Shown here piece by piece: positions 9,246-16,728 of a DNA stretch of 16,814 nucleotides. This DNA is from Pseudomonadota bacterium (GTDB lineage Bacteria; Bdellovibrionota; FAC87; UBA2466): assembly GCA_043718025.1 (NCBI GenBank), contig JAYSWN010000004.1:1-16814 (forward strand), in the 5' to 3' direction. Below the pieces are notes generated by a model. It worked only from the letters and a program-made list of their open reading frames with translations. It had not been told where the DNA came from and ran no database searches. The translations under genes were made by a program, and so were the position numbers. Numbering within the stretch: the stretch's first letter is position 1; every line of letters starts with the position of its first letter.

Positions 9246-10954
9246 GGGGTTAGTTTTTCCGCTTGTCGCCCAAATAATCGAGCCGTCGAAACCGCCTTTA
9301 GCGTCGCACGAAGCAAATCCCACTGCCCGCCTTTTCGACGCAGAGTCTCTTTCACTGAGCCCAGCAGCGGAGCCAGCCAGTCACCGCCACCGAACTCTTC
9401 AATTGAAAAATCTTCGGCCTCCATGCGCCGCATTTGCTCGGGGTACTTGCGCATCAAGCAAGCCTCTTCCCAATATTCGTACCTTATTCCCCGGGTTCCA
9501 CTTTCTAAATGCGTCGCCCAAGCGGTCGCATAAAATAGATTACGGTACCCTTGGCGAACGGCCTCAAGGCTAAAAGCCACGTCGCCGAAGCCGTTGGCCA
9601 TTTCGAGCTCAGAGAGTCCGCCCAATTGCAAAAACAGCGAACGTTTTAAAAAGCAGGCGGCAAAGGTATTCGCAAACACCTCGCGATTCCAAAACGACAG
9701 GACACTGGGCTGCTGAATTGGTGTCACACGGATCTGATGGGGCGGCGCGCCGAGCCGCGCTTTAAACCCCAGGTGCTGGAACTTGCCGCTGGGGTATTTA
9801 AGCGCAATCCCTACCGTCGCCACATCGGTTTCGGCCAATAGCAACAAGATCGCTTCGACCGAGCCCTCTCCCCAAAACACGTCGTTGTTTAAGAGAAACA
9901 CATTTTCGGTTGTCACCAAGTCGCGAATCGCCCAGTTGTGCATTGCCGCAAAATTAAACGGACGAGTAAAATCAACGTAACGTAATTTGCTAGCCATAAA
10001 GCCAAGCGCCCGCTCGAGACTGTCGCGTTCGTTTTTTTGACTACCGTTATCGATCAACAAGTACGCGACATCGAGCTGACCGGCGGCCCGATCAAAATCT
10101 TTAATCGCCCGCGCCGTCCACTCCGCTTTGTCTTTAAAACAGATAATTACCGTGAGCGGAGGAGTCACATGGCCGCTGGCTACCGCCGGCGTTACTACGG
10201 CAACCTCCGAAAACAAAGCCTTGCGATGGTAACTCAACACCGCGGTCTGCAATCTCCAGTCGGAAGCTTCTTTGGCGAACGCCGTTAAAAATTTAGCGGG
10301 CTCGGCAAAAACAGCTTTCGCCGGCGAGCCCACCAGTTGAGAGGCTTTCACTACCCAGTCTTGCCCCAGGTAATTACCGTGAGCCATGGTGTAGGGTGAA
10401 AACTGAGGCCGCTTCACGCGTTGGCGTAGCGCTTGTCCATCGCTACTGATTGAAACTGCGTTCCAGTAGATTAGAGCGGCCGAGTCAGCCACGCAGGCGC
10501 TCTCGGCGAGCAGAAAAAGCCCCACTGGACTTAGGGTGGTGGAAACGTCTAGCCAGCCGACATAGTCAGCTCCCAGGCCAGCGTCGAGCGGAACGCCAAG
10601 ATTCTTGTCTTGCCGAAGAATTTTCAACCTATCGTCGCTGAGCGATTTGAGCGGATGGGTTAGGTCGGGCGTCTTTTTCGAAACAAGAAACCAAACTTCC
10701 CAATGGGCATAGCTCTGACCCAAAAACTCTTCAGCCAATCGCAATCCTTGCGCCCAGTCAGCGGCTTGGTTTATCAAAACGAGAAAACGAAACTTGGGTT
10801 GTAAGGGCAAATAGAGCGCGCGACACTTTTGCTCACGCCATTTCTGAATCACCTCTTGAAAGGTTTCACGTCGGCCAAACGTAAACCAAGGTAAATGGCG
10901 GTCTTTGGGTTCGGCGTTGGCAAGCTGACGGTTATGGGCAGGTTTCTTTGACAT
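9242..10954 (-). CDS. Family 2 glycosyltransferase with tandem GT-A domains (N-terminal one degenerate)
   Basis: C-terminal domain: LTVIICFKD, LIDNGS, PFNFAAMHN, LLNNDV, FAACFL, GDVAFSL, HLESGTRG. The N-terminal domain keeps QSYAHWE and DYVGWLD. GGGAG precedes the ATG; 23-nt overlap with wzt. Confidence 0.88.
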   Translation of the reverse strand: MSKKPAHNRQLANAEPKDRHLPWFTFGRRETFQEVIQKWREQKCRALYLPLQPKFRFLVLINQAADWAQGLRLAEEFLGQSYAHWEVWFLVSKKTPDLTHPLKSLSDDRLKILRQDKNLGVPLDAGLGADYVGWLDVSTTLSPVGLFLLAESACVADSAALIYWNAVSISSDGQALRQRVKRPQFSPYTMAHGNYLGQDWVVKASQLVGSPAKAVFAEPAKFLTAFAKEASDWRLQTAVLSYHRKALFSEVAVVTPAVASGHVTPPLTVIICFKDKAEWTARAIKDFDRAAGQLDVAYLLIDNGSQKNERDSLERALGFMASKLRYVDFTRPFNFAAMHNWAIRDLVTTENVFLLNNDVFWGEGSVEAILLLLAETDVATVGIALKYPSGKFQHLGFKARLGAPPHQIRVTPIQQPSVLSFWNREVFANTFAACFLKRSLFLQLGGLSELEMANGFGDVAFSLEAVRQGYRNLFYATAWATHLESGTRGIRYEYWEEACLMRKYPEQMRRMEAEDFSIEEFGGGDWLAPLLGSVKETLRRKGGQWDLLRATLKAVSTARLFGRQAEKLTP

Positions 10955-11729
10955 CGAAGACTCCCGTTTCCCCTTTCATGTGTGCCAGGTAGCGGGCAAT
11001 CATGTCTTGCGCGTTGCCATCGCCTATAATCTGTCCCTTTTCCATCACGATAACGCGATTACAAAAACGCTGGATGTACTCCATCTGGTGCGCCACCAGA
11101 ATGAGAATCTTCGAAGAGTGTACGAAATGGTCTAACCGGCGATTTCCTTTTTCAACAAACGTCGCATCGCCCCCGGCATAAAGCTCATCCAAAATCAAAA
11201 TGTCGGGAATCACTTCGGTGGCCAAGGTAAAGGCCAAGCGAAGGTACATTCCGGTGGAGTAGTATTTTACCGGCGTGTCGATGAAACCTTCGAGCTCAGA
11301 AAACTGCACAATAGAATCCATGCGCTCGGTCAGCGCCCGGGTTTTAATCCCCAAGATGGTACCGTTTAAAAAAACATTTTCGCGGCCGCTAAGATCCGGG
11401 GCAAAGCCCGCGCCAATTTCGATAAGCGGCGCCACCCGGCCCTGAATGCTGAGCTCGCCCGAGGTTGGCTTATAGACCCGGCTTAATACTTTGAGCAACG
11501 TGCTCTTACCCGCGCCGTTATGACCGATGATGCCTAAACGATCTCCCTCGCGCAGCGAAAGATTGATGTCTTTTAGTCCCCAGAAAAAATATTGTTTAAA
11601 CTTGCCCTCTTTTTCCCAAGCCGGGGGGGTCACAAAACGCAGCACCGCCTCTTTTAGACCGTGACTGCGCAGCTCATAACGTCGGAATTTAACGCAGACG
11701 TTCTTAAGGTCGATGCGGGCTTCACTCAT
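10932..11729 (-). CDS. wzt: Polysaccharide ABC exporter ATP-binding subunit (Wzt/RfbB/TagH family), no C-terminal CBM
   Basis: Walker A GHNGAGKST, GAGFAPDLSGREN, PVKYYSTGM signature, Walker B ILILDE and H-loop. 265 aa; ATGA overlap with the wzm stop. Confidence 0.93.
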   Translation of the reverse strand: MSEARIDLKNVCVKFRRYELRSHGLKEAVLRFVTPPAWEKEGKFKQYFFWGLKDINLSLREGDRLGIIGHNGAGKSTLLKVLSRVYKPTSGELSIQGRVAPLIEIGAGFAPDLSGRENVFLNGTILGIKTRALTERMDSIVQFSELEGFIDTPVKYYSTGMYLRLAFTLATEVIPDILILDELYAGGDATFVEKGNRRLDHFVHSSKILILVAHQMEYIQRFCNRVIVMEKGQIIGDGNAQDMIARYLAHMKGETGVFDVKETCP

Positions 11730-12514
11730 AAGTGAAACACCAACTTATGTTCGTTGAAGAAAAGTACGAGGAGGCCGGCGAGCATCGACAAAAAACACAC
11801 CCCGATCGCCACACCCCACTCCACCGGGGAAGGGGCTACCCCGTCGTAAATAATTCGCTGAAAAAGTGTTAAAAAAGCGCACAGAGGGTTAGCACGAAGC
11901 ACACCCTGCAGCTTCTCGGGCATCATCGTGATGGGGTAGAGAATCGGGCTTGCGAAGTACAGCATCTGTAAACCCACGTTGATAAGGTACTGCACATCAC
12001 GAAAGTAGACGGTAAGCACTCCCGCCACCACACTCAGACCCAGTACAAAAAAGAACAAAAGCACGATTGCCGGCGGCAACAACACCATGGTGGGCCGAAG
12101 CGTGTAACCCATCACCAGGGCCAAGAGCGAAAGTGCGACTAGTGAAAACAAAAAGTCCACCATTCGAAACAACACTTTGTTTAAAGGAAAAAGCAACTTC
12201 GGCAGATAAATTTTTCGAATAAAGTGTTCGCTCTCGATGTAGCAGAAAGCGCCAAGCATCAATGACGAGCTGAAAAAATTCCAGACCAGAATCCCCGAGA
12301 ACAAAAACAGGGTGTAGTCTTTGGTCTGCCACTTCACCACGTGTGAAAACACCGTGCCCAAAAGTGCCAGCTGTAAGATGGGGTTAAGCAACGACCATAG
12401 GTAGCCTAGAGCCGTCTGTTTGTACTTCACCTTGAGGTCGCGCGAGAGCATGTGCCACAGCACCTCGCGAAACGTGTAGACCTCTTTTACCCATTGATTT
12501 GCTCGTAGAATCAC
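11726..12514 (-). CDS. wzm: Polysaccharide ABC exporter permease (Wzm/RfbA family)
   Basis: RDLKVKYKQTALGYLWSLLNP, FRDVQY, FASPILYP, ANP and several hydrophobic TM segments. GTG 12514 is preferred as start (262 aa) over TTG 12553, which coincides with a -35-like hexamer. Confidence 0.92.
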   Translation of the reverse strand: MILRANQWVKEVYTFREVLWHMLSRDLKVKYKQTALGYLWSLLNPILQLALLGTVFSHVVKWQTKDYTLFLFSGILVWNFFSSSLMLGAFCYIESEHFIRKIYLPKLLFPLNKVLFRMVDFLFSLVALSLLALVMGYTLRPTMVLLPPAIVLLFFFVLGLSVVAGVLTVYFRDVQYLINVGLQMLYFASPILYPITMMPEKLQGVLRANPLCAFLTLFQRIIYDGVAPSPVEWGVAIGVCFLSMLAGLLVLFFNEHKLVFHL

Positions 12515-12516
12515 AA

Positions 12517-12553
12517 TTATCGGCCAGCATAAAGCATGTTGCCGAATTTTCAA
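12517..12553 (-). promoter_or_regulatory. Candidate internal promoter signals before wzm
   Basis: TTGAAA (12553-12548)-N16-TATGCT (12531-12526), plus a sigma28-type -10 GCCGATAA (12524-12517) with no matching -35. Confidence 0.35.
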
Positions 12554-12605
12554 TGCTTGGGCGTAATTTTGAGGGGTTAATTGAGGCCGAGGCCATTAGG
12601 CTCGA

Positions 12606-15584
12606 TCACTCGAAAAGCCTGGTAACAAAGGCTTGCGAGGGCTGGGTTTCGTCGGCCAGGGCGTTGCCGACGATGACAAACCGCCGCCAGGCATCGATCG
12701 CCAGGGCGGTAAATTCGGCGTTTCGGGACTGAAACGGTAGGCTGACGGTCGACGCCGGGTCGTTCGAAAAAGTGGCCCCATTTGGCGCTAAACGGGCAAT
12801 AAAACCTCGGGTTTGCGCCCCCGCTGCGCTTTTACCCACCACCACGATGCGGTTGTCGCGCCCAACGGCTACCGCGTTCACCGTCTCAGAGCTACCCAGG
12901 TCAAAAATGGCTTTCCCGTTGCCATTGAAACCGAACCCGTCGCTGCCTGATACCGAAGCGCTATCCAGACGACCGTCCTCTAAAAACCGAGCCAGCGCTA
13001 GGTTGCTGGGCGTTTGCGTGGCCGCACCGTTAGCCTCGGTGGTGCCGGCGAGCAGAATTTTTTCGCCTTGGCGAACTATAGCCGAGGCAAAACTCGTATT
13101 GCCGAAATTAGCCATGGCTTTGCCGCCGGTGCCGAAATCATCGCAAAAATCCAAAATCGAGCCGGTACTCTCGGCCGGCGGCGTAATTTTCAAACAAACC
13201 AGGGCGAAATTTAGGTAGCCACCGGGTATTTGGGTGTCGCCGGCGATTAAAATGCGTTCGCTACCGCCAATCGCTGTAATCAACACCGAAGTGGCGTGAT
13301 CGATCGAGGTAGGAGCCATCTGAAAGGTCTTACGCTCGACCAGCAGGCCGGCGGCTGAAAATAGGGCTAACGCCATTTTGACGCCATTGGTTCCCACCAT
13401 CACGAAACGGCCATCGGAAAAAGAGGCAATCGCCTGACCGGGCGCCTCGGTGGTGAATTTGCCGGTAGCAAAACCGGTGTTGCCGTTTGCGGGACTCTCA
13501 TCGCCAAAGGTAATATCGGGCCGCTGGGCCGGATTGCTGTGCGAAAAACGGGCGGCAAAAAAATCACGAAGGCCGCTTTCAGCGTTGGCGATAGACCACC
13601 CCCCCACCAAAAAGAGGCCGGGGCTACCGGACTGGGGAACCACCGAGGTTACTCCTGATTTGGCCCCCGCCGCAAAATCGACCGCCCCGCCGTTAAAGCT
13701 CAAGTCCCAAGCACCCCACGGCGTTAATTTTCCCACCAAAACTTTTCGGCTGGCTTCGGACCCCGAGAATCCCACCGGAAACGCGTTGTTCTGGGCATCG
13801 AGGGTGATGCCCTTAAATTCGCTATTGGTGCGAGGCGCCGCAATAATGCCCGGGGGAGTGGCGGCGAAATTAAAGCTAGGATCCAGTTCTAACGACCGAC
13901 GGCGAATGGTAAAGGATTTGGCCACGCCAAATTCACCATTAATCGCAGCCTGTAGTTCGAAGGTGCGTTCGCTCCAGTACATGCGTGCATCGCGAAAGGG
14001 CAGTCGAAGTTCCCTTAGTGGGGCCTGTCCGGGGATATCAGGAACCTGAAAAGTTGTGCGCTGGGTGCCGGTGCACGGGTCGGCCTCGTTGCCGTCATTT
14101 CTGTAAAAATAAAGTTCATTGTCGAGTTCCGCCGGCACACCGTTGACCAGCATTCGCAACGTAATGGGGTAAACCGTGTTTTCGGGGCTGATGGGCTGAC
14201 CATAAAAATCGTTTAGCTGCAGAAATAGAACCGCGCATTGATTGGCGGTGAAAGTGGATGCCCCCGCGATCGCAATTTTAACCGGAACTAATTTTAGAGT
14301 CCCGCCCATTTCGGCGCGAAGTAAAGTGGTCGGCAACGAAGCGGTGATTTTGTAACCATCGTCAAGCTTCACGCTCTTGGGCTTAACGTAAAAATTTGGA
14401 GTCACGCCGTCATTCAGGGCAAGGGAGTACACGCCGCTACTTCCGCCGGAGGCCAACCGTTGGGTGCAGGCCGAATCGCCAAACAACTCGCTGGCCGGGG
14501 TGTCTTCTTGTACCAACAAGTTGCCATTACCAAAAACGGCCGAGTTAATATCTAGTGCGTTTATTCGAAACGCCGTCTGGTTGCAGACCCCCAACGACAA
14601 TTGAGGGGAACCGACGGGATTAATACGCAGCGCGGTTATCGCCCGTTCGGCCGCAAAATTTGCCACGCCGCTGCTTAAACCCGGGGCCGTAACGGTCACC
14701 GTAAATGCGCTAGGCAAGGTGGCTTCCTTTAAATAGAAACTACCCGTCGCAGTTCCGGCGAACGCGAGCGAGCTGATTGAGGTTAGGCATTCGCTATCCG
14801 CATAAAACAGAAGCCTCCGGCTATTGGAAAGGCCCACTGAAATCACGGCATTAATTTGAGTGGCGTTGGCGGCAAAAATGCGGACTTCCAATCGCTGGCT
14901 ACAGCGGCCCGCCGGCAGCAAAATTGGGGTACCGCTCACCAGTCCTAAATTCAGATTGAGAGGGTCAACCACTTTGAGCAAAGTCGGCACCAAAGCCGGT
15001 ACGCCCAGAGCTCGGCTGTCGGTCCAAGCATTAGGGGTTGAGCTGGCGGTTAGAGTTCGAGCGGCCAACGAAGTGCCTAGCGTTTTGATATAGAAGCCTT
15101 CGGTGCCGCGCGGAGTTTTTGCTTTGGTAGTGCCGGAGGTGATCACGAGTGGAGTGTTTAACGGGGGAGTAGTGGAAAAAGCATCGTCCGGGGAACAGCC
15201 AGATCTTGAATAGAGTTCTGTCGCCGCAAATCCGTTAAGCGTTATGGTTAAATTCGCCGCCGCCGGTGCTTCGGCCGCCCCTCGCATCGCTTTAATGTGA
15301 ATCGGCCCCTGACACACGCCTAAGCCCAACTGAAATCCGGCCGGAAGACCAATGCCAATTCCCGTGGCCGGGCTGGTCCAAATTGGGGTGGGAGTTGCGA
15401 TTGGCGTGGCAACCGGGGTGGGCGTGGGAGTGGTTAAACTCTCAAGCGCCTTTTGATCTTTGAACAGCGAGAACATTGCCGTTCGGGTGTACTCCACCAT
15501 CCCGCAAGAGGTGAGAAGAAGCGGGGCCAAAGCAAGGAGAAGAGCAGACGCTGCCCGAGTGGTATGCCGATGAAATGTGGTCAC
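12606..15584 (-). CDS. Large surface lipoprotein: Pro/Thr linker, four Cys-paired Ig-like repeats, C-terminal delta-60/DUF5122-like beta-propeller
   Basis: 992 aa. Lipobox LTSC (Cys27) after a hydrophobic stretch, then TTPTPTPVATPIATPTP. Repeated G-x-C...(F/Y)xxxxC...FYxK units. Propeller-type repeats LDPSFN, WDLSFNGG, PDITFG, DDFGTGG, EKILLAG, ARFLEDGRLD, NRIVVVG. Confidence 0.85.
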   Translation of the reverse strand: MTTFHRHTTRAASALLLALAPLLLTSCGMVEYTRTAMFSLFKDQKALESLTTPTPTPVATPIATPTPIWTSPATGIGIGLPAGFQLGLGVCQGPIHIKAMRGAAEAPAAANLTITLNGFAATELYSRSGCSPDDAFSTTPPLNTPLVITSGTTKAKTPRGTEGFYIKTLGTSLAARTLTASSTPNAWTDSRALGVPALVPTLLKVVDPLNLNLGLVSGTPILLPAGRCSQRLEVRIFAANATQINAVISVGLSNSRRLLFYADSECLTSISSLAFAGTATGSFYLKEATLPSAFTVTVTAPGLSSGVANFAAERAITALRINPVGSPQLSLGVCNQTAFRINALDINSAVFGNGNLLVQEDTPASELFGDSACTQRLASGGSSGVYSLALNDGVTPNFYVKPKSVKLDDGYKITASLPTTLLRAEMGGTLKLVPVKIAIAGASTFTANQCAVLFLQLNDFYGQPISPENTVYPITLRMLVNGVPAELDNELYFYRNDGNEADPCTGTQRTTFQVPDIPGQAPLRELRLPFRDARMYWSERTFELQAAINGEFGVAKSFTIRRRSLELDPSFNFAATPPGIIAAPRTNSEFKGITLDAQNNAFPVGFSGSEASRKVLVGKLTPWGAWDLSFNGGAVDFAAGAKSGVTSVVPQSGSPGLFLVGGWSIANAESGLRDFFAARFSHSNPAQRPDITFGDESPANGNTGFATGKFTTEAPGQAIASFSDGRFVMVGTNGVKMALALFSAAGLLVERKTFQMAPTSIDHATSVLITAIGGSERILIAGDTQIPGGYLNFALVCLKITPPAESTGSILDFCDDFGTGGKAMANFGNTSFASAIVRQGEKILLAGTTEANGAATQTPSNLALARFLEDGRLDSASVSGSDGFGFNGNGKAIFDLGSSETVNAVAVGRDNRIVVVGKSAAGAQTRGFIARLAPNGATFSNDPASTVSLPFQSRNAEFTALAIDAWRRFVIVGNALADETQPSQAFVTRLFE

Positions 15585-15634
15585 AGTTTTAATTTTTTCT
15601 TCGAATCCGCGCGCGAGAAGGCAACCCTATATAG

Positions 15635-15650
15635 ATCACTTCTCGTGCCA
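15635..15650 (-). promoter_or_regulatory. Sigma54 (-24/-12)-type promoter for the large lipoprotein
   Basis: TGGCACGAGAAGTGAT against consensus TGGCACG-N4-TTGCW: perfect -24 element, variant -12. Predicted TSS near 15624, about 40 nt before the GTG. Confidence 0.55.
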
Positions 15651-15679
15651 AAAAGTGAACACAAAATCGACACCAAAAG

Positions 15680-15692
15680 TTTCAAAGGGTTA
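15680..15692 (+). promoter_or_regulatory. Candidate IHF site
   Basis: TTTCAAAGGGTTA matches WATCAANNNNTTR with one mismatch and is preceded by short A-tracts. It lies between the sigma54 box and the palindrome. Confidence 0.4.
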
Positions 15693-15720
15693 AGAACGTT
15701 AGCGAATTCATGGCTTTTTT

Positions 15721-15737
15721 TGTCGACAATTTCGACA
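15721..15737. promoter_or_regulatory. Palindromic operator / candidate bEBP upstream activator sequence
   Basis: Perfect inverted repeat TGTCGA-CAATT-TCGACA, about 97-113 nt upstream of the predicted sigma54 TSS. An extra TCGACA half-site lies at 15667-15672. Confidence 0.55.
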
Positions 15738-15887
15738 GTCAAAAGAGCCGTCGATCTTCCAGTCGCTTTTTTCATGGAAAAGGGCGAATCCCGTAAAATC
15801 GATAACCTAGCCTAGCCAAAGCTTAGTCGCTGTTCACAGTTACGACGGTAAAGTGCGTTAACTCCCGAAAAGACGTTGAGAATCGGC

Positions 15888-16667
15888 TCAAAAATTGAGT
15901 CCAAAGTCGAGTGAAAGCAAAGGCTGAATGCCTACCGATGTAAGGGCAATAGTCGTAAAGCTTGGATTGGAAAGGTATTGCACCCCGCCGGCGATTCCGG
16001 CATTTAAACCCTTGGCCCAGCGGGCGCGGTAGCCCACGGTGAATACGCCAGTGGTAGTCGAGGCTTTTTCACTGATGAAAAAAGTGGGATCCTCAACCGA
16101 CAAAGAATTAATGCCGGCCCCCAAACAGATCCACAGCCCGCGAAAATAGGGTGCACCGTAGTAATTAGCGGTGAGCATTGCTCCCACTGCCGAGATGCTG
16201 GTGGTGCCACCCGAGGCTTTGTACAAAAAAGGTTCGACGCCCAGCGCAAAGTGTTTGCCCAAACCAACTTGAAAATGAAGCATGGGGTAGAAAAAGCTTA
16301 GCCCCACGCCCAGTCCGGCGGTGAGATCAAAATCTCGCGCATTAAATTGGGTGTTGAAGGTTTCAACGGTTTCAGCGGCAAGGCGGCGGCTTGAACCCGA
16401 TTTGCGCACTTTATCGCCGATAGAAAGCCCTTCGAAAAAGGTATCCAATTTTACGATTGCGCCTTTAGCGGTGGTTTTGGTTATAGTTCCACACACGACG
16501 TCGGTTTCATTTTGTACAATGCAGGCTCGGTCGTCGGCGGCCCACTTGCCTAAGCTCTCGTGCGAGACGGCTACGTTTTTTTTACCGCTGCTCACCGCGA
16601 TGACTTCGGCGGCGGTGGCGAGTTGCGCGTTCAAAACGGCAAACAGAAATAGAAACAGTGCCTTCAT
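15888..16667 (-). CDS. Outer-membrane beta-barrel protein with a small N-terminal beta domain
   Basis: 259 aa. Signal peptide MKALFLFLFAVLNAQLATA|A. About eight alternating amphipathic strands in the C-terminal ~150 aa, ending LSLDFGLNF (terminal Phe, BAM-type signal). GAGG 6 nt before the ATG. Confidence 0.8.
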   Translation of the reverse strand: MKALFLFLFAVLNAQLATAAEVIAVSSGKKNVAVSHESLGKWAADDRACIVQNETDVVCGTITKTTAKGAIVKLDTFFEGLSIGDKVRKSGSSRRLAAETVETFNTQFNARDFDLTAGLGVGLSFFYPMLHFQVGLGKHFALGVEPFLYKASGGTTSISAVGAMLTANYYGAPYFRGLWICLGAGINSLSVEDPTFFISEKASTTTGVFTVGYRARWAKGLNAGIAGGVQYLSNPSFTTIALTSVGIQPLLSLDFGLNF

Positions 16668-16684
16668 ATGAAACCTCAGAATGC

Positions 16685-16712
16685 TTATCGGCCATTGCCT
16701 GGAATCGCTTGA
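16685..16712 (-). promoter_or_regulatory. Sigma28 (FliA)-type promoter
   Basis: TCAAG (16712-16708)-N15-GCCGATAA (16692-16685). The -10 is perfect and ends 17 nt before the ATG, leaving room for a TSS and the SD. Confidence 0.6.
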
Positions 16713-16728
16713 GTCAATGTGAATACCC

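Noticed and set aside
12772..15093. Plus-strand ORFs antisense to the lipoprotein (12772-13218, 13450-14049, 14860-15093)
   Set aside because: They mirror the codon pattern of the Ala/Gly/Thr-rich sense gene and show no domain features.
15369..15434. Repetitive GGGGTGGGAGT-like DNA as a tandem repeat or CRISPR
   Set aside because: It is explained by the Pro/Thr linker codons and has no repeat-spacer structure.
15614..15645. Inverted repeat CGAGAAG...CTTCTCG as a terminator
   Set aside because: It has 7-bp arms with an 18-nt gap and no adjacent U-tract, and it straddles the predicted TSS, so it would not form in the mRNA.
15453..15815. Small ORFs 15581-15775 (-) and 15453-15815 (+)
   Set aside because: They run through the sigma54/IHF/palindrome region and do not resemble known proteins. 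The region is better explained as regulatory DNA, although the 64-aa ORF cannot be fully excluded.
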